Assembly (NCBI GenBank): GCA_040285745.1
Contig: JAUFOR010000003.1
Location: forward strand, 434,001-498,000
Source of the DNA: Barthelona sp. PCE
Taxonomy: Eukaryota
Direction of reading: 5' to 3'
Length of the DNA stretch: 64,000 bases
The notes beneath the pieces were generated by a model, which was not told the origin of the DNA, made no database searches, and saw nothing but the letters and a program-made list of their open reading frames with translations. Numbering within the stretch: position 1 is the stretch's first letter; each line of letters starts with the position of its first letter. Both the position numbers and the translations under genes were made by a program. Below, one piece after another: positions 55,301 through 61,565 of the stretch.

Positions 55301-56574
55301 GGATTTTCTAAGTTACTGATAAATTCTTCTTCGATCTTGTTGGTCTTAATAATAAATTGTTTCAGGATAGTTTCAAACTTCTCATTAAGGTTTTGTTCGA
55401 ATTTCTCACTCAAATTCTCATTATTACGGAAATTCTTTAAGAACTTAAATATCTTCTCAGGTTGTTCGAAATCAATTTGATTAAATATCTCATTCAACAA
55501 TTTAAGAGAGATTTTCTCTAATTCCAATAATTGTGAATTAAAATTCTCAAAAAGATTAAAGAATATTTTAATTGAATCATCACGAATGATGATATTCTTA
55601 AAAGGATTAATGCTAGAATCTAGACTCTTAATGAGATCGATGAGATTCTTCTCGTAGTTCTCATCTGAACTAATCTCCAACTTCTTCAATTCAATTAAAA
55701 GTTCCTTATGAGTGAGATAAACATTCAAAATATTTAGACTTTTCTCAAAAATCTTCTCGAGGTTCTCTAACACATTTTTGGATGTTGGGATGAGTTTACG
55801 GATCTCATTAAAGTTTGTTATAACTCGTTCCCCATCTGTATTAACACTAATAATATTACCAGTATTCAAAAAATTCTGAAAATAGGTGAGAATCTCCAAA
55901 CTAATTTTGAAGAACTCCTTTTCAAACTTATAGTTCTTTTTAAGGATCTTAATAAAGAATCTACTGATTAAATTAATTAAATCTTCATAAATCTTGATGA
56001 AAATCTTGTTCTTCTTAAACAAGCTGAAAATTAACTTAAGATTGGTGAATAGGTTGGTTAATGATTCTTCTATGACGTATAAGTCTTCATTTTCAAGAAT
56101 CTTAAACGATCTTTCCAACAAAAAGAGGAATTTTGAAATTTCTGTGAAATTGTTCTTCAAATTGTTTAAATATAAGAGGAATGAATCGTTCTCCTTGAAA
56201 ATGGGGGACTTTTGTGCTAAATCATAGAAATATGTAAACCTTAAACTACGTTGACGATGATAATCAAGAAAACTCAACAAATCTCCAACGAACTTCTTTT
56301 CTAACTCCTTCTCGACCTCGTATCGAAGCCAAGTTCCAAACTCCTCCTTATCTACGACTGACATATCAAAACCAAGACTAGATTGTGCTTGTTCGGTTTG
56401 ACGCACGAAACGGCGAATATCAACATCGGGACAGAGATGTAAGAATACTGTAAGAAGCTGGGAAAGACTACGGAGCGAAAACGAACCTTCTAAGCCCGAA
56501 ATACTAACTGAGGTAGCTCCTGAGATTGTACCTGTACCTGTTATGCCTGCTGAGGCTGGGTTAAGACCATTCAT
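43345..56574 (-). CDS. DNAH10: Axonemal inner-arm dynein heavy chain (I1/f alpha type), intronless 4409 aa
   Basis: P-loops GPAGTGKT, GPTCGGKS, GDSGTAKT and GVGGSGKK; CFDEFNR; C-terminal RRNAMGEGLVFEA...WILQ characteristic of DNAH10. Confidence 0.92.
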   Translation of the reverse strand: MNGLNPASAGITGTGTISGATSVSISGLEGSFSLRSLSQLLTVFLHLCPDVDIRRFVRQTEQAQSSLGFDMSVVDKEEFGTWLRYEVEKELEKKFVGDLLSFLDYHRQRSLRFTYFYDLAQKSPIFKENDSFLLYLNNLKNNFTEISKFLFLLERSFKILENEDLYVIEESLTNLFTNLKLIFSLFKKNKIFIKIYEDLINLISRFFIKILKKNYKFEKEFFKISLEILTYFQNFLNTGNIISVNTDGERVITNFNEIRKLIPTSKNVLENLEKIFEKSLNILNVYLTHKELLIELKKLEISSDENYEKNLIDLIKSLDSSINPFKNIIIRDDSIKIFFNLFENFNSQLLELEKISLKLLNEIFNQIDFEQPEKIFKFLKNFRNNENLSEKFEQNLNEKFETILKQFIIKTNKIEEEFISNLENPPIPKRFPPLAGFLQWERSLFQKLKKPFLVFKKHFPNLESETVGVEVKHRYFEVAKLIRDEEIRRFEEWNSSSALKALSLLKQPIVKRVIHQVTDELSVSKYEVVFSKELQLIIEEGKMLDAKVPYPINETVSNCCLQHSKYISLKNEMEQFLAGYDTLIDSLSELELTLVANRLKVLDKKFSRFYQSETNWNSLSVYSLLKDLREDVKNFQSVITSLKRFLTDIDVSLTNIEGIALLSSRSVDATAENSNFTYTRDYFGNLIDIQEFAEQLQFESVENLNKILPYYNQISECLVKIENLLFGITSGSNSALLKLYSYSEKKVFDALVKCLKVSLKNLDKIFLAKRPSFKISTVFQPPDVIFSPNWSDFIKYSGRVLQVLFDCFRCIPRWMRNSCSPVRVFENEEEGYFKYSFYTDIVKTPIVKQFTEMFNVRLDGVLLKLKKFERQWYRYERVWSFNSTDISTSLKNRIEREVNFQALYHILNTYVKAEAEVLSMHDFIRCQFLLIDCSAIKDVISQLSKDIKMTICGIIHEHAQEQLNKVLGKHTMYKTKIENPVDNIASLKSLLKTLDSLSKENLIVEELIKEIEEYFHLLKYYNFGIADEELNHVQTLQATWESLLDLGKTVERSLSELKAKFTNETERRIDDFVVQLKSEREFFMTKGPDIHNDIFQNYKVYLAFKSDLITLNETREDLIYSIRLFSLPLKSFEDLSYINKNMNLLNHLFEFFEKFQRELEGYQSLTFKELSVEVFSDFLDRNFKVFKVEAKKKNFTNFKNFRLFSTMFKDYQKLIPILEILKSPSLRPRHFKMLSDLTKSTFDEDELTLQAIYSLSLFKYEKEISDISILANRELQIEISLRDINDHWSILDFKFSIYTKNDQIKGSVLKDIDQIQEILEDNLGVLQSLQGSKYISNFLNDVQKWERYLSSIDQLVDIWLKVQMKWIYLEAIYLDSEDIRSQLPKETKVFETVDQTFKQVMLEAEKEPNVLKNCLKPERLEVLTKLLKSLEECQKSLTNYLNSKRQLFPRFYFISDDELLSMLGTSEISDIQHHVIKICQGADHLIVPQGVKKIQGLMSSQKEELLFEEPILLQDNTSVEIWFTSVVKMMRQSLKRQTAVSLWDYLSTNDDQKKVIKWYEKTLGQVICSVSEIYFTFLIEDCFEQFKQGNKNVMKDLNNSLAAELTYVVDTMSTTKNKQLRKKLNTLTILKVHSKGILENFIRDSIIEVNDFAWESQLRFYFNNSTKIVEARQCNGVLPFDYEYMGIPSRLVITPLTDRCYMTLTQALELCLGGSPAGPAGTGKTETVKDLAKSLWRPFRVINASDGLDTTALGRTFSGLCSVGAFGCFDEFNRIKPEVLSVVSTQIRTIQRALRNRVDSFQFENVEIKLRNTVGIFITMNPGYAGRTELPDNLKAQFRPVVMVVPDLDLICEIMLYSEGFQTAKLLSRKMVVLYKLSKEQLSKQKHYDFGLRALKSVLVMAGKFKRNNPDNLPEELLLMRALRDANLPKFIYDDVPLFLGLVNDLFPNVRIPQQRYPDFVAAVEEQLTKSNYQVLEKQVDKIVQLYETMMTRHATMVVGPTCGGKSVVINTLSKAQTSMGLPTRLYVLNPKAQEVHELYGVLDPATRDWTDGLLSNIFRVINQPLPEGKNERRYIVFDGDVDTIWIESMNSVMDDNRLLTLPNNESINLKQYCSLLFEVSNLNYASPATVSRCGMVWVDPKDLRYEPFFQTWLSHLPEDYRPMVFDLFVRYVRKLIEWMFTGVWNGVYSEVPKTAIPSTDVNLIKQLTIMFDTFFDQFLAATENLDEKVSLESDVVESIFLFCLVWSIGALLEPDYRGQLDQHIKALSGRSLIKAAGGRVSVGDLPHSDADTLFDFVFVFDPLNVNECYWTHWNNKVSEYVPPKSGKFSEILVPNKETVCLSYLIQTMSPNSPFLVIGDSGTAKTVTIQKFLMDPALNDPDKTQLLQFNFSARTTSLDIQRTLEENIDSRSSNIYGPPYGKVLNVFLDDVNMPRIDIYGTQQPIALLKQILEYSGMYQRVESRSWMTLKDLRFISAMTSPKGGRNNVDERFVSHFCFINVLSSTGDSLRHIYDSILSHHLDAFPDEFQTLTKGIVQTQLDLYDYVVTSLSPTPAKFHYTFNLRDISRVFEGLLLSTPEKFGKPEGLLQLWMHEAMRIFHDKLIEESERKNIETKIKEYVSSNFDSFIYKKGDNQHRIDIESVIRNKELLYCDFMSIDEMGERMMPDLYEPVDSFDELKTVAAQYLETHNMKNKAHKLPIILFDECLRHLASLLRIIQMPRGNALLMGVGGSGKKTLTRFAAYIARMELFEITLSKNYDELQFREDLAAMFLRLGLENKKIVFLFTDAHVVDESFLEFINNLLTTGMVPALFPPEEKLKIIDGVRSEVKNLGLIDTKENCWNYFVNKCRDNLHIVLCFSFNKEVLRHRCQSFPGLLSNTVIDWYDSWSKEALFSVASAQLQSIDIDQKYLIDITDEICHLHEEVCAKAQDIFVSQKRSVFVSPSNFLDFLHLYISKCASLESEYKRSIERLDEGLSKISSARNEVGIMSEALVEKHKQIVQKQGENEELLKQIKEMQGITAEKQEIAQEKEKELHIEHERISIDKAEAEAALNAALPALEAAKDTLAGLSRQEIMEARALKAPTEQVRAVLATVALLMGHRDTSWSSIQSILANANLKLELENIDQTRFRHDNIKQIQKILKKADINEARLKTVSRAALKLWKFVSGNVHFYLTFRTVEPKQRAVREAEKRLSKLQSDLDLIKNEIRELKETTERLNAEFTIKKKEEKELAKIVADQEAQLEAAEELLGGLGDEEVRWAEKKEQLLVQTSEIPGNALLISLFMSYLAPFDLQYRAKLMKGCVDDLIRRGIPFSRPGTKTNTNSDWRIEAFESSDIEVSNWVAQGLPNDTFNVQNAIITLKSPKLGIGLIDPHLQASKFLKSYFGADGLKISSFENPKWQRDLENAMSFGIPFLFENIDEWLDPLLMSVFDSQSKNSNDIVFNDKVITLDVNFRIFFSCKIANPNFSSDIQTKLQLVNFNLSQDGLNEQLLNVTIQHEKRFLEEERLKLIQTISKNKQSLHDFEIMILRLLNNASGNLLKNYELIETLRGIKKNVREVTESLKTADKTRESIEKARMVYEPVSRRGTILFFALFNLNLISNMYEYSLASFLQVFKQSFTDAPAVGLSVLERLEAIQETVTYLIFEYACLGLFTTHKLLFAFSMCVQIFKEEIDPNLLSFFLKGNLSLSEIDVPNDIVELGYTTQQWKDITLLTTLSPVFIDLQVIVRSEEFLEWSKLQEPERIPAPGTYSELEGFEKLCLLRCVRHDRITQAVSLYIMSKMGERFVNPPVLTYQRVLNASDSISPVVFILSPGADPASEVEKLAFKAGLIQSGRYKSLSLGQGQDVIAEQMVRTGAQRGHWILLQNCHLLRSWLKRFEKLLEDVLVEGGDDKKGGVHKEFRLFLTTSPIKDFPLGILQRSVKVVTEPPNGLMPNILNNYARVSDETYDLSDHGRYHDLIYTVAFFHSVIQERKKYGKIGWNVSYEFTESDFMVSLTLLATYLNLAQQDNDGEIPWSTLRYLIGEAMYGGRVSDDWDRRILNCYLKEYMGEFLFDDFQTFHFYKDDDFAYVLPEAEKQKDYIGFVEKLPLFDKPALLGLHPNAEIQYNKDCTRSLFLNMIELQPREVSKGKGDSLDYAMRIITDILKALPDPFDIPLIRKENIDDVPTPTQIVLLQELERFNVLCTLIDKSLNELLRAMRGEVGMSIELDSILRALEAGQIPELWKKQAPPTRKALGGWIQHFHRRHKQYIEWIEEEPIVMWLSGLHVPESYLTALVQTTCRRNEWALDHTTLVSRILDVRDPSTIHQRPADGCYITGLYLEGAGWDMDTHQLRPQEHKELITEIPIVHIVPIEAHRARLEITNSFHTPVYFTSDRRNAMGEGLVFEAYLPTQEHESFWILQSVALVLNTS

Positions 56575-56803
56575 ATCCTTGTGTATATGCTCTAACTAAA
56601 TGTACAAACTAAGAGAAGGATGCAAAGGGTAAAACATTTGTTTAAACTAAGCTTGTTATCCCCGAACGCCAACACCTGGTGCATTGGTATTTAATCCCGA
56701 TTTGAAGGTCTCGCATACTCAAGAACCTCGAAAACTCGTATTTTTCTTTATTTCTTTCTTTGATTTTATTCGTGGCTTTTTGTGTTTTTGAAAGCATATA
56801 AAA

Positions 56804-57442
56804 ATGACGGAAACCCCAGAGGAGCAAAGTGAAATTGTCGTTGAGGAACATAGTCCCACAGAAGAAATTATTGTGGTTATTTCGGACAATGAGAGCAGTG
56901 TTACAGATGAACAGGGAGCATACAGTCCGGAAAACGGCCCAGACGTTCATCAGCCGATGGTGAGTATGCATACTCCAGTGGGACCCAGAATTGCTGTTCG
57001 TGCAGTAACTCCTGAGCAGGATGAAATCAATGAAAATGTCCTTAACACACCTCCCCTTGCGAAAAACGTCGAGTTTGAGTTCGATAAGGAAGAGTTTGAA
57101 GACCAAGTTGTATCTGAGTTAAATGAACATATTCTTGCAGATTTTATGGGATGTATTCGACCTGATAACAACTATGAGCACCTAATTAAACAACAGAATG
57201 GGGTAATGCGCCGATTAGCAGAAACTAATGTTCTTATTCCAAATTTAAACGAGATGCTCAGTGAGTTTAATGAAGATATGAAGGGCACACTGAAGGAATC
57301 CACTCAACTTTGCAAAACACTTTCAACTGAATTGAGAAACGTGTATGAGAAACTTCAGGATGTAAGAATTACTATTGAGGAGAAGTATCCACACTTCTTT
57401 GCTGAATACGAACGTATCAAGGCTAATAAGGGTCTTGTGTAG
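56804..57442 (+). CDS. KXD1: KxDL-domain protein (BORC subunit KXD1-like) with acidic N-terminal extension
   Basis: QQNGVMRRLAETNVLIPNLNE...TQLCKTLSTELRNVYEKLQDVRITIEEKYPHFF aligns by eye with the KxDL domain. Confidence 0.65.
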   Translation: MTETPEEQSEIVVEEHSPTEEIIVVISDNESSVTDEQGAYSPENGPDVHQPMVSMHTPVGPRIAVRAVTPEQDEINENVLNTPPLAKNVEFEFDKEEFEDQVVSELNEHILADFMGCIRPDNNYEHLIKQQNGVMRRLAETNVLIPNLNEMLSEFNEDMKGTLKESTQLCKTLSTELRNVYEKLQDVRITIEEKYPHFFAEYERIKANKGLV

Positions 57443-57604
57443 ATGATTTAGTCCAGAATCATTATCTTTTGTGGATTCAATATCTTAAAATAATCAAACG
57501 AGGATTATGTTGTAGAACGGCTGTAATTAGCCCATAGAATGAAACACGATCGTCTCTTTTCTGTAAATTTTATTGACACAAAGTCAATTCATCATGTATT
57601 ACAT

Positions 57605-59338
57605 ATGTTTACTTTCAACAAAAGCAAGCTTCCTCCATCTTCAACTTCTAGGGCAAGTTCCAGTGGGTCTGCCTCTCCAGCAAGTACACCTAGAGGTCAT
57701 TCAACACGTAAACGTTCTCGCAGCAAAACTAGAGGGCTAACCTTCTCTCCAAGTAATCCTTCGCTTCTGGAATCTATTCCAAAGACGAAAATCAAAACGC
57801 TGTGGGACATTGTTGATCGATTTCCTTCACATAAACTTTCTGAAAATTTCGATTTTCCAGTAACTGACTATATCATTCACTTAAATATCACATATCAGGA
57901 AAGTGAGATGCTTTCTAGTGACCCCATTATGTCATTCTTTTATCCAAGTCGTGATACGTCATTTACCATCCCTGAATCCGCTTTTCCCAACAAACTATTC
58001 GTATACACATTTGAATATACACGATTAAGTCAGTATGGTTATAACCTAGACGTTGGGTTGGAGGATGAGGCTATTTTCGTGGAGCAGTTTTTTGAAAATG
58101 TGAAAAAAATTGTTGAGTTCAGACATTCTGCTGTCTCTTCAGTTCTGGACGTTATTATCGACTGCCAGGGTGAGAAGATTATAGTTAAGGTTCTTGGTCT
58201 AAGTCTACGATTCGGTTCAGAACTTACTGTATTAAGCGATTTTAACAATTGGGAAGTGGATTATGGTTGTCATGTACTAAAAGAATTGCAACATGAAGTT
58301 AGTACAGCTAATATTTCTATTGAATTTCCATCAAACTTTATATTCACAAGAGGTATCAAAACTTTAGTAGCTTTCCGCACTACTTTTGAAACAGATTCTA
58401 TTTTTACATATCAAGAACAGCAACAAACACATGTAATTCTCCAGTTTCAGTTGTGGTTTTTCTGTGAACTCAACAATAGTATGCCGGATATTATTAGGAT
58501 TCCATGTGAGAAATTCAACATACTAAGTTTTTTTAAATCTAAAGTTGGTTTCATGAACAGAACAAAACGAATATTAAAACCTGATACCAGTTTCTTCAAT
58601 AATATATCAAGCGTTATCGGTGCTACAAGTCAGAGCATGCCTTCTTTGATTGTTGAACGACAACAAGCTGCACGTAACCCTCACACGCAAAAAGTCTTTA
58701 GGTACTTTGATTCATATGCCAAGTACTGTGGGGCTCAGTTTTCTGTTGTTTCATCAAATGAGTGGTATTGTGAAATTCTCTTTGATACTACTAATATGTT
58801 CCCTTTGCGAATTGTGCAAATTGGCTTTATAATTCACTTAATCCACTCAACTGTTCAAGGTATCACCTTAGAAGAGAACCAGTACATCCCCCCAGTGCGC
58901 GGTGACGAAGTGGGTAACCATGGTGTGTTTATAATTGAAGAAAATAACGATAGGAGGCATAGATTGATGGGTAATCTCAACGGTTTAAGTGATTACACTG
59001 CAATAGTTGTACGTATTCTGACATATCTTCGAGTGGCGACTGTTGACGGTTCGAAATTATATTCATTAGATTATGATGAGGAGAATCAACAATTTAGACT
59101 TCGCATACATTCATCAAAACAACTCATTGTGAAGAAAAAGCGTTGTTACAGAGCATCTCCGTGTTTTATTGGAACTTTTGACGTGTCAAAGAATAATATG
59201 AAATTATTTGCGTGTTTGTATTACACATTATTAGAACATGATTTCTATATTAGTTTTTGTAACCATCATTGTTCAAATACAAATGTTCTATACATCAAAG
59301 ATCTAACAACGTTTCTTTATTCTTCTGATTCTGATTGA
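57605..59338 (+). CDS. Hypothetical protein with Ser/Arg-rich N-terminus
   Basis: Long clean ORF (ATG at 57539 or 57605). No family recognised. Confidence 0.7.
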   Translation: MFTFNKSKLPPSSTSRASSSGSASPASTPRGHSTRKRSRSKTRGLTFSPSNPSLLESIPKTKIKTLWDIVDRFPSHKLSENFDFPVTDYIIHLNITYQESEMLSSDPIMSFFYPSRDTSFTIPESAFPNKLFVYTFEYTRLSQYGYNLDVGLEDEAIFVEQFFENVKKIVEFRHSAVSSVLDVIIDCQGEKIIVKVLGLSLRFGSELTVLSDFNNWEVDYGCHVLKELQHEVSTANISIEFPSNFIFTRGIKTLVAFRTTFETDSIFTYQEQQQTHVILQFQLWFFCELNNSMPDIIRIPCEKFNILSFFKSKVGFMNRTKRILKPDTSFFNNISSVIGATSQSMPSLIVERQQAARNPHTQKVFRYFDSYAKYCGAQFSVVSSNEWYCEILFDTTNMFPLRIVQIGFIIHLIHSTVQGITLEENQYIPPVRGDEVGNHGVFIIEENNDRRHRLMGNLNGLSDYTAIVVRILTYLRVATVDGSKLYSLDYDEENQQFRLRIHSSKQLIVKKKRCYRASPCFIGTFDVSKNNMKLFACLYYTLLEHDFYISFCNHHCSNTNVLYIKDLTTFLYSSDSD

Positions 59339-60084
59339 TTAGCGTTTAATACTTCAAATATCAAAGTTAAATACTTATGTCTCAAATTCCAATCTTCTGA
59401 GTTAATTTTTTCTAATACTTCACCAATAATCTCTTCATCAAGAGATGTCAATACCCTTCTTAACTCTTTTTCAGTTCTGATAGTTTTATCCTTATTGCTA
59501 AACATGAAAAATCCTTCTAATATAATTACAGCACGATCGTACACTGCTTCTTTGTTATCTGCATTCCTAACAAGTTCTTCACCAACAATACGAGGAAGTT
59601 CATCGCTTAGTACATCAAAAATATGATATGTGCATCCTTTAGCTTTGGGCTTTTCGAACAAGAAATCCTGATATGTCTTCACAAAGACCATGGGATCAAC
59701 ACTGGTACTGAAAATAAAACGTAGCGTAGCACTAAATACCCGACGCATCAAACTAAGGAATTTATCAAGTGTGAATTTATCATATAAGTGCCATTCCTTG
59801 GTGATTAGCTCCCAGAAAGCAGACAGATAGACAGGAAGGACAAAAGGAGAAAGTTTGTCAACAACTTCCAATACAATATCTGCAGTTTTTAACTGATTAT
59901 CGGTTTTATCAACAAGACAGAAGCCTACAAAAAAGCCCTTCCAGAGACGAAGCATCTGTAAACGATCTGCATCGTCATATGTCTCAAAAAATTTTGTGAG
60001 TTGCAAAAACGCACTCTCTCGTTGCTCTACTTCATTGGATGCGAGCATACGCGCCATATCCACATAAGAAACTGTGTCAGACAT
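59317..60084 (-). CDS. RRP1: Ribosomal RNA processing protein Rrp1/Nop52
   Basis: LASNE...R, LRLWKGFF...DK and EWH.YDKF.LDKFLSLMRR are Nop52-family motifs. Confidence 0.88.
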   Translation of the reverse strand: MSDTVSYVDMARMLASNEVEQRESAFLQLTKFFETYDDADRLQMLRLWKGFFVGFCLVDKTDNQLKTADIVLEVVDKLSPFVLPVYLSAFWELITKEWHLYDKFTLDKFLSLMRRVFSATLRFIFSTSVDPMVFVKTYQDFLFEKPKAKGCTYHIFDVLSDELPRIVGEELVRNADNKEAVYDRAVIILEGFFMFSNKDKTIRTEKELRRVLTSLDEEIIGEVLEKINSEDWNLRHKYLTLIFEVLNANQSESEE

Positions 60085-60176
60085 TCTTGAAAAGGTTAGA
60101 AAAAGTACTTTGCGAAGACTTTGATTCCACTTCTTTAACTTTTTTTGTGTAAGTTCTTGGGGCATACTATTACACA

Positions 60177-60635
60177 ATGAACCAATCTGGGACTAAAAAG
60201 CAGAGGACGGAGGAGAAATATGATGAAAGCTGTGTTTTTAATGAGTTCTCAAAATTAATCGGTGATGCGGGAAGTGAAAAGCCTCGTTCAAGAGGAAAAT
60301 CCAAAAAATCCAAGGGATCGTCCACAATTGTACAAAAACCACTTTCAAATGATGCAGGTTACATTCCTGTCGAATGCAAGAAGCCTAAAATTAAAATTTT
60401 GACTTTTCCTGAGGGTCCAAGAGTCACAGAATATCAGCTAACAGTGCTTGCCAATAAGCTTATTGATGGGGAGCATAAGCAGCATCGTGTTAAAGATTTT
60501 ATTCCAAACAATGATGTTCTAAGTCTACGTTTACAAAATCCTGTAAGCATTCCAGGCCGAAATAGAGAGACTTTGCAAAGAAAAGAGGCTCCAAAGCTGA
60601 TTAGAAGGAATGATACAAAAACAGAATTAACTTGA
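60177..60635 (+). CDS. Basic hypothetical protein (152 aa)
   Basis: ATG-initiated ORF filling the gap between RRP1 and the CRC gene. Confidence 0.55.
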   Translation: MNQSGTKKQRTEEKYDESCVFNEFSKLIGDAGSEKPRSRGKSKKSKGSSTIVQKPLSNDAGYIPVECKKPKIKILTFPEGPRVTEYQLTVLANKLIDGEHKQHRVKDFIPNNDVLSLRLQNPVSIPGRNRETLQRKEAPKLIRRNDTKTELT

Positions 60636-61487
60636 TTTTTTTATTCTTGTTTCAATCATTTGCAGTGCTAAAAGGCCGTTTTTCATAATTTCCTCTTTGT
60701 TTTCATTTGTTTCTATGTTTGTTACATGTAATAGATTGGCCAAATCTTGAATAATCTCATTTCGAAACCCAAAATTAATTCGGTCATTAACAGTAAAATT
60801 ATCTTCTTCATTTGGAATATTCATCTGAGTCTTCTTTGTTGACTGATTGTTGATTGTTAATAGTGACTTTTGAGGTGAAAAATGTGAACCTTCACTCAAG
60901 ATCTGTCGATTTTTAGCGCTTATTGGATCTAACACCACTTCTGGTTCTTCCTCCTTTGCATTCTGTACATTTGCCTCACTTTCAACCGATTCTTCTGTTT
61001 CTACTTCCACAACAGAATTACTACGCTTGTTACGTTTCTTTTTTTGCTTTGTTTTTTGGTTTTTAGTCTTCTTCTTTCGAGCTTTTCTCTCTCTCACCCG
61101 CTCCAACTCTTTTGATCCCTTGAAATTTTGACAATTTTGACATGAACAACCTTTTTCACAGAAAAGACCCGACTGAAAGCAACAACAATAATTCTTGAGA
61201 CATCTTGAAGACTTACAGTTACAGTGCGGCCTGTGATCTCCTGTTTTTGGATCAAATGCGTGTGGTTTACGAGACAAAATTGATCGAATTTGTCGTTCAC
61301 GGTCTGCTTCGTGTTTAGGTACATTTCGACAATCGCGACATGTGCATCTTTCGTGACAATATTGGTTATGTGCAAAGCAAACACAATAAAGCTTTAGGCA
61401 ATGACATTTTGTGCAGGAACAAACATAATTAGAATCTGTTGATGCTGGCCCAAGTGTCCCCTGACCTTCTGCCTTCTCACCGGCCAT
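60627..61487 (-). CDS. Tesmin/TSO1/LIN54-like CRC (CXC) DNA-binding protein
   Basis: Two CXC domains (CSCTKCHCLKLYCVCF...C.C.DC.N and CNCKSSRCLKNYCCCF...C.C.NC.N) joined by an R.P.AF.PK linker, plus an NLS-like Lys tract. Confidence 0.9.
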   Translation of the reverse strand: MAGEKAEGQGTLGPASTDSNYVCSCTKCHCLKLYCVCFAHNQYCHERCTCRDCRNVPKHEADRERQIRSILSRKPHAFDPKTGDHRPHCNCKSSRCLKNYCCCFQSGLFCEKGCSCQNCQNFKGSKELERVRERKARKKKTKNQKTKQKKKRNKRSNSVVEVETEESVESEANVQNAKEEEPEVVLDPISAKNRQILSEGSHFSPQKSLLTINNQSTKKTQMNIPNEEDNFTVNDRINFGFRNEIIQDLANLLHVTNIETNENKEEIMKNGLLALQMIETRIKKSS

Positions 61488-61565
61488 ATTAAGCAGCGCA
61501 GAAGGGATGAAATGGGTTAGACAAAAAAAACAACTGAAAATAAGATTTACATGTATAGACAAAGA

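Noticed and set aside
43368-56227. Many alternative-frame and antisense ORFs within dynein (also within Sec31, CCDC39 and dynamin)
   Set aside because: These are shadow ORFs caused by codon bias of the real genes.
56575-56720. Possible upstream or trans-spliced exon of the dynein heavy chain (TTTAG at 56596), as in Giardia
   Set aside because: The 4409-aa ORF is already near full length with its own ATG, and there is no branch-point motif at that AG.
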